A DNA stretch of 64,000 nucleotides from Felis catus (lineage: Eukaryota). Positions 24,681 through 36,800 of this stretch are shown one piece after another. The notes below the pieces were generated by a model, which ran no database searches, was not told the origin of the DNA, and worked only from the letters and a program-made list of their open reading frames with translations. The position numbers and the translations under genes are program-made. The DNA is taken from positions 70,060,001-70,124,000 of the forward strand of contig NC_058368.1 in the NCBI RefSeq assembly GCF_018350175.1, given 5' to 3'. Every line of letters starts with the position of its first letter. The stretch's first letter is position 1.

Positions 24681-25843
24681 CCAGAATGAAAAAATTTTAA
24701 TTTAACCTCTTTGTTCTTAAAGATGTAAGTTTTTTTCCTCTCATGCCAAAAACTTGGTTCCCAAGGATATCAACATAATAACTCACTTACTTTCACCAGG
24801 AATAAACATATGAGTCTCAGAAGAACAATACAATCTCACAAAAACAATACACCACTTCCACAATTACTGAAAATGGTTTTTGTTTATTAGTCGATCATTT
24901 ACTTATTTGTTGCCGCAATTTTTGTCCTTTGGGTATATCCCACTAGGAAGGTGCAGTGAAATTCCTATATGGTAAAGTCATTTGAAATAATTCCTTTGTG
25001 TTTATGTCATCAACTTGATATATGGTTATGCTCATTCATGTCATTTTGCTTTCAATTTTTAGGAATTAGAAAATTATTTTAATGTAATATTCACCTGGTC
25101 CTAAAGCCAAATCTATAAAGCAAATTATATTTGGACAAGCCTATCATCTAACCTCGTCCTCTACCTATCATTCTCTCTCGTCCCCCACAGGTAATACTTT
25201 AAAGTTTTTGTTTGTTTTCCTTTCCATCTAAAAAAACAGAAGCAAAATCTACTTATGTATATATTCTTCCTTTCTTAAATAACGGGTAGCATACCATTCA
25301 CTTTTCCCTGTCTTGTGATTTTTACTTACAGTATTCTGAAAATCACTCCTTGGCAGTGTACAGAGATACTCTTAATTCCTTTTTATAAGTATATAGTACT
25401 CTATTGTGTGCATGTATTGTAGTTTATTCAAGCGATCCCCTGTTGATGGAAATTAAATGCTTTTATCAATGGAGTTTCTATACTGAGTAACTCTGTCACA
25501 TGGTTAAACAAGTCCCTACGGAGGGACCTTTCAAGCTACCTTTCAAGTTACGTCCCAATTCTCAGCAGCCTTCTCCACACCAAGGAGCTGGCTCTGTTTA
25601 TGTACAGTACCTAGAGCTGGTTACTTCCCAGGTAGCAAATATTCCTGATAAGATACTAACTACACTCTTATTCTGAAAGTTACTTCAAAAAAATCTTATT
25701 GAAGGGAGAATAAGGAGTTATTATTTACCAGGTATAGAGTTTCCGTTTGGGATGATGAAGAAGTTCTGCGGATGGATGGTGGTGGTGATTGCACAACATT
25801 GGACTTAATGCCACTGAATTGTACACTTGAAAATAGTTAAAAT

Positions 25844-26050
25844 GGGGGACGCCTGGGGGGTTTAGTTGGGTAAGCATCCGACTTGGGGTCAGGTCATGAT
25901 CTCACTGCTCGTGAGCGCGAGTCCCGCATTGGGCTCTGTGCTGACAGCTCAGAGCCTGGAATCTTCTTCGGATTCTGTGTCTCCCTCTCTCCCTCCCTCC
26001 CCCACTCACATTCTGTCTCTCTCAAAAACTAAACATTTTAAATGAAAAAA
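25844..26050 (+). mobile_element. Can-SINE inside an L1 3'-end fragment
   Basis: SINE body; flank gttaaaatg repeated; surrounding L1 text (gtttgggatgatgaagaagttctg...aatgccactgaattgtacactt). Confidence 0.85.
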
Positions 26051-27555
26051 TTAAAACAAAGAAATTGTTAAAATGATAAATTTTATATGTTTCTCTTACC
26101 TCAATAAAAAAGGGAAAGATGTATGGGAAACATAAACAAATTACTTAAAAATAGCAATAAAATTTTTTTAATGTTAAAAAAATTTCCCCAATACACTGCT
26201 ACTTTATTGTGTGACTTCATACCAAAATGAGAATTTTATATGTAAACTAAATGATATTTTTAATTGGTACGGATGTACTCTGTCACGGGGTCAACAGTAG
26301 ATGTCTTCAACAAGGAGATGGCTCCTTTCTCCACGGCTGTAATAAATGAGGGTTGGTCACCTTCCAAGCTGAATCATATCTGACATGGCATCTGTACAAA
26401 TTACTCTCCAAGTCTAATGAAGAGATAGCAAGTTAGCACTTTCCAGACTTATATTTATCTTACTACACGGTGACTTGAGTTTTATGGTTTCTAAATAAGG
26501 CATTTATGACCAGGAAATCCAGCTCAGTGACAAAGGAGACATACTGCTATATCCATTCCTGCTGATGTTGGAGTCAAGGTTTATTACACTGCGCCGGGGA
26601 GGTCAGAGACTCAGGGCGAACCTTCATGGAGAATTGTGTTTAGCTCTAAATCCGGATCCGCTAATGGACGGGCTGTCGACTCTGGTGAATTGCCATCATG
26701 CTTCACCGTCTCTTCTTCATGCCCTTGTCTCCACCTATAAAATACGGACTTACCACTGACTGAGAATGTTTCAAAGACGCCAAAAGATCCTTGGCGTCTG
26801 GGTGTTCAAGATGTACATCACATTTTCTTTCCTCAACTGGTTATGTGAAAAACAGCCTTTAAAAAGCCTTCAAGTAGGAAAAGCAGCCATTTTACTTCTT
26901 GGGGCAAGACTCCTCTTCCTTTCATCGCTGTGACTACACGGGGCTGGGTGACAATGAACTCACCTGCCAGCCACCGGGCATATCAGAGGCAGGACCGGCA
27001 CCTACAATCAGAGCTGTCACTTGACTTGGCTTTCTTTGGGATGACACAGATCGCAGGGCGTGTGCACACATGGCTGCTGGCTCAGTGACCAGCTTGTCTC
27101 CGAGTAGTCATCTCAAAAGCAAGCAAGGAAACTGATGAAGATGGAACTCTCGACAGAGCCGAAGAGGAAAAGCCAGAGGGCACAGGTGTCTGTGCAGGCT
27201 TGGCAACAGCTAGCAGAATTCAGAGCCAGGCCACGGTGCAGCAGCGCATTTATCCAAGGCAACTGGCAGATCTGAGGTCTAGACCTGCCTCCTGAAATCT
27301 GTACCACGGAGACATACGCGGGGGCAGACAAAATGGTACCAGGATTCCCCATGTACCCAACCTCAGCTTCAACAACTGCCAACGTTTGTCAGTCTTGTCT
27401 CCTCCACCCAGCCCCTTTCTTTTCCTCAACTTTTAAAGCAAATTTCATATACCATGTTAGTTCACCGCCAAGTATTCCAATATCCTGGCCCTCTTGGGAA
27501 TGGCTAATAATAATAAATACCCAATATTCACTACCAGAAAATCAGCAATGTTATT

Positions 27556-27561
27556 TTTAAT
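27556..27561 (-). terminator. Poly(A) signal ATTAAA
   Basis: Plus-strand tttaat at the distal edge of the unique UTR block. Confidence 0.55.
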
Positions 27562-27627
27562 ACAGATGTGGTACAGAATGTTTACTTACAGCAGGGCAGA
27601 GATTCTAGTTAAATAAAATTAAAAACC

Positions 27628-27633
27628 TTTATT
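27628..27633 (-). terminator. Poly(A) signal AATAAA
   Basis: Plus-strand tttatt, followed on the minus strand by U-rich sequence. Confidence 0.65.
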
Positions 27634-27820
27634 TTCCCAAATATAAAATTACTAAATTAATGTCTCAAAAGAAAATATAACATGGTGAAAGCTTTAAATC
27701 ACACCACGATTCACCACAGGATTTATGGTTTACCAATTACATACTCCACCACTTTGGCAAAAGGATGAGATTTTTTAAAAGTTTATAAACCTAACAGAGC
27801 AAAGACTGTATACACCTCCA

Positions 27821-27828
27821 TATTGCAC
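27821..27828 (-). promoter_or_regulatory. miR-25/32/92 family 8mer target site (GTGCAATA)
   Basis: Plus-strand tattgcactt equals miR-92a nt 1-10 as recalled. A second 7mer-A1 site (TGCAATA) lies at 27867-27873. Confidence 0.65.
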
Positions 27829-27834
27829 TTTTTT

Positions 27835-28007
27835 TATGTACAAGGATAAAACAGTAAAGTCAAGTGTATTGCATATACTAAGAACGGCACCAATTTGTCA
27901 CAACGAAACTTAATGCAGAAGCGGATGTGAGGAGTATTAAAAAATGTAGAAATGTAATCCATGTATGTACAGAGTGTGGAGACTGTATTAACAAACTCAT
28001 ATGTACA
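27835..28007 (-). promoter_or_regulatory. Three Pumilio response elements (TGTACATA)
   Basis: Plus-strand tatgtaca at 27835-27842, 27964-27971 and 28000-28007, matching the UGUANAUA consensus. Confidence 0.6.
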
Positions 28008-28701
28008 TTACAATATCCTGTACTACTTTTAAATTTTTTAGCATAGTTTTGTTTATTAATAGAGGCCTTTGGTTCTAAACTGCTTGACTAGTTTTAAGCT
28101 CACATAGTTTCTTAAGCTTTCCTATTTTTTAGATGCGAGTATATGAGTATAAAAGCACTCAACCTTCTGGCTCACTGGTACAAAAGTTACAATGATCAGT
28201 TCCCTTAGGTCATCAAAAACTAGTCACAAAAATAGTTCTTGTATTCAACCTGAATGTGCCACAGGAAAAAAAATATTTTCAAGGTTTTCCAGCTTAGCCT
28301 AGAGGCAAACGTTACTCCAGCCTCCATTTCAGTGCTACTGTCCCTGCTCTGTACATTCCAGAACACATGTTTTCTCTAGGCCATTTATTTTAATACTACT
28401 CCGTAAGGAAGAATAAAATCTCACTCCAGCTTAAGAGAGTTCGCCACACACCCCCGTTAAGACATAATGAAAAGTTCGAATATTGCCAGCAAGATTTAAA
28501 AAAATATGTGTACCCTCTTATGACTCTTCTAGAAAATCGGCTATGAAATAACACCGTTCTTGAGTTCCTTTCTCTCCCATTCCCCTTCACTTCTTCTTGT
28601 GCTCGGTCCTCCCTGTGTCTTGCACGAGCCCAGTGATTAACTTTGGAAATCATCCTGAGTTTGCAAATGACAAAGCCCCACATACGGTCCGTGAGGCAAA
28701 A

Positions 28702-28824
28702 TCACACAACTGAGGACGAGCTGGTCATTCCGTGAACCAGGGTGCTTGTTGGAGTCCCGCTGATGGCATTGAAGATGTGAAGGGAATTCGGTAAAACGCT
28801 CGTCTTCTCCTCCAGTGGGCAAAT
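28702..28824 (-). CDS. DOCK9: DOCK9 terminal coding exon
   Basis: Acceptor AG at 28825-28826; ICPLEEKTSVLPNSLHIFNAISGTPTSTLVHGMTSSSSVV*; phase 0. Confidence 0.95.
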   Translation of the reverse strand: MCPLEEKTSVLPNSLHIFNAISGTPTSTLVHGMTSSSSVV

Positions 28825-29895
28825 CTTGAGGCACAGAAACACAACATTACTGAAGTGTAATGCCCCTAAAGACATTTCTCAAAATGGCGTGTTTCACGTA
28901 ACACAATTTATCATCCAATGGTCACTGTTACTCTGAATGATGGTATGCTCAGAGAGCTCGGCTTTGGCGGTTTGCAGAGGGATTGTGTCAGCTCATCTAG
29001 AAAATGACCTTTTTCAGATCAGGATTTTAAGGGAAAGTCAAGTACAATGGGTTTTGTTTCCTTTATAAAGTACTGAATGGAGCCTTCTCTTCTAGACTCA
29101 CCAGATTATAAGGTGGTGAAGTCTATCTTACACGTACTTGCCAGGGACACGACCTAGCCCTGTCGCTTGGAAAAGTCTTTTAAAATGAGTCCTGAGCATC
29201 TCTGTTTTTCCACTGGCTCCTTCTCTCAGGGTCTTACAGATTTCCATCCTGGGGAAGAGACAGCAGCTGCCCCTATGACCCTGAACAGGTCTCTCTTCAC
29301 ACTCGGTAATGCGGGGGAGAATTCTAGGGGCGAGACTTGACCTACTGACAGGTGGAAATTGAGAGGAACATACACAGTCAGAGGCTCCCCTGGGAAAACC
29401 AAAAGCAAGTCTACTCCAGGTCACAACCCTTTTCGCTTAAGGATTCAAGAGTTTAATCTTCACAGTTGTTGAGATAATGGAAAGTTCAAGGTGCAGTTTA
29501 GAGCACGGCACTGCGAGAAATGTCCATATGATATGGGAGCTTATTCTAACATTATCAGTCCACATTGTTTTCCTACTTTCTTCTCTTCTAGTGCCAAATG
29601 CTGACACCCACTGATCAAACTCTCTGTTACACAGCAATCTGTAAGCTCCATGGAAAAGACCTTGGGCTTTCTCCAAAAACTAATTTTCATGAGACCATCC
29701 CTTTTCTGCTTTATCATTCACACATGTATTTCTTTCATCAGTTCAATTTTTTTCTACTTTTCTACATGCCCGGAAGAGGGTGCCTCCCTCTGCACACACT
29801 TTATGCCAATGTCTGCAGTTATTCAAACTCAGTCATAACTTTACGTGAAGCAGTTTATCGAGGTTCAGAAAAATAAAATTAAAAAATGACATTAC

Positions 29896-29903
29896 CATCC
29901 CAT
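29896..29903 (-). CDS. DOCK9: DOCK9 8-nt alternative microexon (ATGGGATG)
   Basis: Minus strand reads ttgcttgcttttttttcctcctcttccatgctaacacattcag|ATGGGATG|gtaatg. Splicing to the last exon (A...) gives ...HEQ-M-G-TGA, matching the recalled short human C-terminus ...HEQLG. Confidence 0.8.
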
Positions 29904-30861
29904 CTGAATGTGTTAGCATGGAAGAGGAGGAAAAAAAAGCAAGCAAGTTAAAGATCAGACATTTCAGTTAGTTTCCTGCAAAAGAAATTTCCTAACTGGA
30001 TCGTCACATGATATGTTAACTGATATAAGTGGTCCTCGCTTTCATTTGAGAGACTGAACGACAATCGTGTAGGAAACCGGAAAAGGAGTTATGTGCAATG
30101 GAAGTACTCATGTTACTTGTGAAGAATGGCACTGTGATTTGGAAGAAGTCACTGTGGCCGATGGAGAATGGACCCCTACAAAATCAGTACTCTGGAAGCT
30201 GCTCTTTGACATGCACTTAGTTGCCTGGGTAGCTGCCCCTCTGACTACTGAGCCCACATACATGATCCTACTGAAAGGAGCTCATACAGGAAGGTGATAG
30301 TAGCCATGTAACCAGGAAAGATGCCCAAAATAACAAGGACTAGAGAAGCCACCATGAAGAATCCATTAGGGGACCCAAGTCAGTTGTGAACAGTCAAAAA
30401 CTGAACAACCCTGTTCTTTTAAGTGGCGAAAGAGATTTAATGTTAACAGAAAATTCTTTAAACTTAGGCTGGCAAGTCTTGGTCTTTCAAAGGATTGGGT
30501 GAATAAAAAGATTTCTAGGAACAAGCTAGGTATTTCTTTTTTATGCAAGTCTTGTTTTGCTTTGAGCCAGATTAGGGTGGGGAGGGACAGAGCTTCGAAC
30601 CACAACCACCTCTAAGAGTGACAAAAAGGAGGTGGGTGCTGCTCTCCTCTGGTTGTGTTAGATGTTAACAGGTGGGCTAGCTCTTAGCCCTTCCCCAGGT
30701 AACCTGCGCTCAGAGGGCAGCAGCGTGTAGCATGCTACATTACTCTTCAGATACCAAAATTCTGGAAGGACATCAGAAGGTTTAGGCCATCCCAGGGCAC
30801 ATGTGAGAACCCAACTAGCACGTGCTTGCTAAAAATGACAAGAACCGAGTGTGGCACTTAC

Positions 30862-31000
30862 CTGCTCGTGCATGATCTCGGAAAGCTCTTTCGCCATCTC
30901 CCTGTAGTTGGCCTTCATTTCTTCCTGGTACTCTAGCTGGTCCTCTTTGATCAGCCGCTCATTTACCGCTAAGGCTTGACCGCAAGCTTCCACAAATTGC
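30862..31000 (-). CDS. DOCK9: DOCK9 exon (DHR2 end)
   Basis: 139 nt, phase 2 to 0, [46 protein letters not shown]; ttcag/gtaagt. Confidence 0.97.
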
Positions 31001-31135
31001 CTGAAATGGTAAGAGAGAGGGAAATAAAGGCATGTTGAGGACAAAGAGAGAGTCCAACTGGTAGCACCTCTTTCTTGAATGAGCACAGATATGATGGCTA
31101 CTTGAAGAGAAAGAGACATTTCCAGTGTACTTTAC

Positions 31136-31236
31136 CTGAAAACTTCTTTAAGCAACTTCACTTTGTTGTCAGGGTATCTTTTTGTGTTTGTGTCATCTAG
31201 GAAAGCTCGGGCATATGCTAGTGGACCTGCGTTGAC
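31136..31236 (-). CDS. DOCK9: DOCK9 exon (DHR2, VNAGP nucleotide-sensor region)
   Basis: 101 nt, phase 0 to 2, [33 protein letters not shown](R); ctag/gtaaag. Confidence 0.97.
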
Positions 31237-32514
31237 CTAGATCAAGAACAAAGATTTTAAAGTATGTTATTATAAAAATGACCATTCTCATTGATTTGGT
31301 TTCAGTTGGCATGTGCTAACAACGCTGTTCAAGCTAGTCATGACTCCTGCCCTCCAGGAACTGACAATCTGAAAGAGGAAACCATGAACAAAGCTTGTAT
31401 TATTATATGTCATTTGATTTTATCACCTCAGACATCATCAGGGTGTTTGAGATGATGGCTCATTTTACGAAGGAGGAAGCAGAGTTTGGAAAACTGAAGG
31501 ACTTGTTCAAGGTTGAACAGCCAGTAAGCAAAACACTTGAGGTCAGAGCCCAAGTCTTCCAATTGGTATTTGTGCTACTCTACACTGACAGAAGGTCCAT
31601 GTGTGAGTTCAGTGAAAAACTAAAGAATATAGTATATTGGCCAATTTTTTAAAAACTGTTCACCTCTTTGAACTGTGTAGACAGCCATGGACAAATCGAT
31701 TTGCTATCTTCAAATGAAGTAACCAGCTGAGGTGTGCTGGAATGCCAAAGATTAGGGGCATTTAGCAACAGGATGAGTGAACCAGAACCCTGCATCTCTT
31801 GATTAGCCAAGAAGAGTTCCTTGAAGTTGGATAGTCAGGATACATGGGAATGTGGAGAGAAAGAAGGTCAGATACACTGGGTGGGAAAGAGAAAGTCCTA
31901 GGCATCTGAGATGGCGTGAGAAAGAACTTGACATGTGATTATCACATCATTTTCCCTGGTAGGTCTGGCGGGCTTGGAAGGTAAGTAAGTAGGGAGGGTC
32001 TGTCACTGTTGGTGAAGAGCTGGGCTGTGGTTCTGACCCACGGTAGGCATGACCTGTGCAGTAATGGCAGGAGAGCTGAGGTGTGGGAATTCATACCCGA
32101 GGTGGGGAGACAGAGGGCCACAGTGGTGGGAGATGGGCCTCCAAGTCAGGAACAACTAGTTAACCTGTGATGACTGCAGGTATCATCATACTGGTGTTGC
32201 ATGGGGAACTATGCTAATGATCTGGACATGACCCAAATGACCAATTACCTAAAATGACACAATATACTCAATTTTAAGGATATGCAAACAGGAAAGCTGA
32301 TATGATTTCATAAGGACTAACATAACCAGATCTTGGAGTACAGAGTCATATAGCCACCATGATGGCTCTGTCCTATACAAGAGCAACCCCAGTGAGGTTC
32401 TTGGTATAAGAATTACAGAAATACCTAAATAAAATGGTAAAGTTAATTTCCTATAGCTGCAACTTCACTGTTACCTTGGTGGGCACACACGTATAAAAAA
32501 AAAAAATCTCCTCA

Positions 32515-32710
32515 GGGTCACCTGATTGGCTCAGTCATTTAAGCGTCTGAGTCTTGGTTTCAGCTCAGGTCACGATCTCATGGTTGGTGAGTTAGAGCCC
32601 CACATTGGCTCAAGAGCTTGCTTAGGATTCTCTCTCTCCCTCTCTCTCTACCCCTCCCCTGCTCACGTTGTGTCTGTCTCTCTCAAAATAAAGAAATAAA
32701 CTTTAAAAAG
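32515..32710 (+). mobile_element. Can-SINE
   Basis: cctgattggctcagtc...ctcaggtcacgatctcatgg..., CT tract, A tail. Confidence 0.85.
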
Positions 32711-33234
32711 AAACTCATCATCATGGAATAATGATCTTTGCTTCTTAAAGATGATTGGGTATTTATAAATCTCTAAGGTCGCTGTCAAATGGAAGGGCAC
32801 ATTATGCCCTTTAGAAAGCTCAACCTGTCCAGCCCCACCCTTTACTGGCGCCCATACCCTCCGCTGGTATTCTGATAGAGGCTGGATGTTCCCAGGCTAT
32901 GTTAATGAGTGGTTTTGTTTTTATAGTTGTAGAAAAGTGTGGCCTGTGGACCCATTATGTAATTGCTCATGTTAGAATATTTATCGTATTCACTTGATAA
33001 CTTATTTTGGTACATAAGTCTTTCAGGTCATGAGGGAAGAGGTTGAAACATCTACAAGCCCTTTTGTGGTGAATGACATTTAGAAAATGTTAGGCAACCA
33101 TCCAGTGTGCTTTGATTAGAAAGGTAACAAGAACTGATTCCAGAAAATAAACGAAAAAAAACCTTAAAACTTACATATTACATCTACATGCAACTTTCAT
33201 AAATGTAAGACATTTATGAGATAAAACATAAGTG

Positions 33235-33389
33235 GGGGAGGCGCAGAGAGGGAGACACAGAATCTGAAGCAGGCTCCAGGCTCTGAGCTGTTAGCAGAGA
33301 GCCTGATGTGGGGCTTGAACTCACGAACCATGAGATCATGACCTGAGCCGAAGTTGGACGCTTAACCAATTGAGCTACCCAGGTGCCCC
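33235..33389 (-). mobile_element. Can-SINE (tail truncated)
   Basis: gagacacagaatctgaagcaggctccagg...ctacccaggtgcccc. Confidence 0.88.
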
Positions 33390-34324
33390 AAATGTAACCT
33401 TCTTTGAAGAAAGGAATTGGATATAAGGATGTGTGTGTATGTGTGTGTGTAAAACATGTGCTAGAATTACCTATATATACTTAAAAAAATCACTAAAGCA
33501 AGAAGCATACAAATCACTGGAAGGAGGTGATTTGCCAATTTCCTTGGAAATCATGTAAGTAAGATACCTTTTAAAAACCAATTATTTTGAAGTATAATAT
33601 ACAAACAAAAAGGTACATATACCATGAGGTCATACCTTATTGAATTTTCACAACTGAACATACATATATAATCAGTAGATAAAAAACTATCTTTTCACTA
33701 AATGGTGCACATTGCTTGGATAACTATATGGAAAAAATGTATCTTGACCCCTATCTGTTACCACATACAATAGATTCCAGCTGGATTGCAGATCTATACA
33801 GGAATACTAAACAAAGGAAGAAAACATAGGAGAACATTTTTGAAACAGATTTAAGAACGAAGTTCTTAAAGAGGGCGCAAAAATGTTACTAATTAAGGAA
33901 AAATTAATTAATTTACCATAAAATGAAAAAATTTCTGTTAATCAAAACAGACCATTAAGAGAGTGAAACTTAAGGTACTTTTTCAGATACAATTTTCATA
34001 GAAACCAGAAAACAACAGTTTTGTAAGGAACCCTACAGCTATTCACACTTCTTTTATTTAGAAGAGTCTTGATGTTTCCAGTTAGGCACCTAGAATTCCC
34101 CAAAGTACTAAAAAGACACTCCTCCAGGTGGGGTTGGGTGGGGGCCCCAAGTCTACCGCCCCCTTCTGGTATCAGGAGACACTGCACAGATACTGGAAGG
34201 TAACTGGGATAACCAGGTCAAGTAGGGATCTACACTAGACCTTGCTGGGCTTGAAATTTACCAAGGTCCAAATGAGCCCCTGCGTCTGTTGCCCTGTGGT
34301 TTGCTTTGACAGTGCTGGGCTCAC

Positions 34325-34515
34325 CTGAACGCTCACGCTGCCCTGGAGTTTGAGCTGCAGCTTAATCATGTCTACTTCGGCTGAGGAACACAGCTGCCGG
34401 AGCTCGGCCACCTTCTTACTCATCTCATCAATGGCTACTTCGATGGGGTTCAGGTCGGTGTGGTGCTGGTACATGACGGGGATCCGCTTCTTCACATAAG
34501 GGAAGCAGTGTATTG
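34325..34515 (-). CDS. DOCK9: DOCK9 exon (DHR2)
   Basis: 191 nt, phase 1 to 0, [64 protein letters not shown]; cacag/gtgag. Confidence 0.97.
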
Positions 34516-34691
34516 CTGTGGAGGAACGAGTCCCAGAAATGATGCCGCAGCTTGTATCGTCTTTACTACTATTGAGGTAGAAGTACTTATTATTCCCATT
34601 TTATAGATAAGGAACCCAAATCTTGCTAAAGTCACATGCCAGGGTTTCGTGGAACCACAGCACTGTCTTCTTTTATCACTGTGCATGTTTA

Positions 34692-34921
34692 TTTTTTTTT
34701 TAATTATTTTTATTTTTAAATATTTATTTATTTTTGAGACAGAGAGAGACAGAGCATGAACGGGGGAGGGTCAGAGAGAGAGGGAGACACAGAATCCGAA
34801 GCAGGCTCCAGGCTCTGAGCTGTCAGCACAGAGCCCGACGCGGGGCTCGAACCCACGGACCGTGAGATCATGACCTGAGCCGAAGTCGGACGCTTAACCG
34901 ACTAAGCCACCCAGGCGCCCC
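34692..34921 (-). mobile_element. Young felid SINE
   Basis: Perfect 16-bp TSD tcactgtgcatgttta at 34676-34691 and 34922-34937; CpGs intact. Confidence 0.95.
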
Positions 34922-36289
34922 TCACTGTGCATGTTTAATGACAGGTTGTATGGTGCAAAGTCAAGAGAGTTGGGTCTTTTTGTATATGCTTGAAGAAATT
35001 ACTATCATTTCCTGCTCAGTTTTCTTAACCATAAATGCCTTACCTTCCTTGGAAGTTGTGAGATCTGAAAGACTAGTAGGTGTAAGAGGGCTTTGAAAAC
35101 ATTAAGAACGGTACAGAGTTTTGAGATATCAACAGACAAGATTTTAAGTCCAGAAAATAGTTCCATAAATATATCCTTGAGAAAATTCACTTCTCTAGAG
35201 AATTTTGAATTACATGCTTGAATTTGCACAAATCAGAGAAATCAGTGAAAAATAACAAGTGAGAACATATTTCCAAGTATTTTATAAACCAGATATTCAG
35301 GCTGTTGAAGTCACACTAATCATAGAGATATTTTGAAACAGAAGTGAATAAAAAACAGAAATAAGAATATTTACGTTTTCTTATACTTTTTTCTCCCCTA
35401 CAAAAAAAACAACCAATAGTATTGTTTTCACTTATCATAATAAGATGCCTGAACGTATCAACAAAATGAATAGAAAAACAGCCAGTTCTAATTTGGGTCT
35501 GTTTTAAATTTCTACCTTTTTGCTTTACATGGCATATAAATATCTCTAATATCTTTATTTAATATATATTTATGAATAGACATGAATATAAATGCTTAAA
35601 AGCTAATTTTATTTTTTAACAAGCAAAAGTAAGACGGGAGTGTTACGCTTGGATCATTGCTGTTTAGTAAGTGGCTAGGGAGAGTTTACTTAGAAAGGCC
35701 TCAGTGAGAAAACAGGGCCAGCACCATGCAGCACACAGTCCAGGTGGGTCACCCAAAGTCTGCACAAAGCGGGAGGTGTTCAGCCTGCCGCAGCCTCAAG
35801 TCACACCCTGACAGGCCTGTTCTAGTCCCTCAATGTTTTATCGATCACAGACCAAAGGTCTGTGTCTCCTATTTCTTTTGCATTCCTTGTGGATGGTTTT
35901 TAAGTGGCAGCAGTGGGATTGATCAATCCTCTTGGAACCTGACGCTTCTTTGGTAGCGTGGTAAGACCTGGGCCTCGCTGCTCTCCAGCCGGGGAGCCAG
36001 AGGTGCACCCGGGGGTGGACAGAAAGCGCTTTACAGACTGCCACTGCACTGCCATGAGTAAGAAGTGCCGTGGAAGCGTTTCATGAGGGTAACAGTGGTG
36101 TCAAAACACAGGTGATTAGCGTAATCACAGTTATTTTTGAGTATTTCCAAGAGAACAGTTAATTCCACGGATGTCTGTGAGATGTACGCGGACTATACGG
36201 ATTTCATTCAGCGTAAAAGTCCTGAGTCTTGCGATGGTAAGTGGAGACTTAGAGAAGCAAGGGAGAGTATAATGATACAGAAAACTCAG

Positions 36290-36800
36290 AGCCTGTGCAT
36301 GAGCCCACCAGGTCCACGTGAGCTGGGATTCCCCTGCCTTCCTTGCTGGCCCCATCTTTCTTCCTCTCCCTCAGACTCACTCAGCTCCAGCCATGCCGGC
36401 CTGCTGGTTGTCCCCTGAATGTGCTGGGCACAAGCACCCCCACCCATTGGCTTTTGCTCAGACAGCTCCTTCTTCCTCCAGATGTTTGCGTGGCCTACTC
36501 CCTCACCTCCTTCAAGTCTGGTCTAAAGTGTCACCTCCTCAAGTGAGGCCCCTCTGGGCTACTCCATTTTAAATTGCAACCCTACCCCTTCAGTCCCACC
36601 TTTCTGATCTCCTTTTGCTTTTGTCCAGAACAAGTATTACCTTCCAACACAGGTATGTTTACCCATTATGTTTACTGGTTATTGTCTGTCTCCTTCTGCT
36701 AGAAGGAGACTGCCTAATGCAGACGTGTGTGTTTTGTTACAAAGCCAGGATGGAATACTGCCTGTGCTCCATAAATGTTGTGGAATCAATTAATGCATTA
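36290..36800 (+). mobile_element. L2 3' remnant
   Basis: ctccagccatgccggcctgctgg...ctccctcacctccttcaagtct...tgtcacctcctcaagtgaggcc...tgctccataaatgttg. Confidence 0.7.

Larger units (their letters stand above)
27540..28701 (-). other. DOCK9: DOCK9 3' UTR (3' end approximate)
   Basis: Repeat-free, AT-rich sequence between the stop codon (28702-28704) and the poly(A) signals at 27628-27633 and 27556-27561. Confidence 0.8.

Noticed and set aside
29128-29424. 98-aa minus-strand ORF in the last DOCK9 intron with an acceptor-like ttttcccag
   Set aside because: No similarity to any DOCK C-terminus I recognise; unsupported without transcript data.
30829-30861. Read-through tail [10 protein letters not shown] after the HEQ exon
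   Set aside because: A consensus CAG|gtaagt donor explains it as intron sequence.
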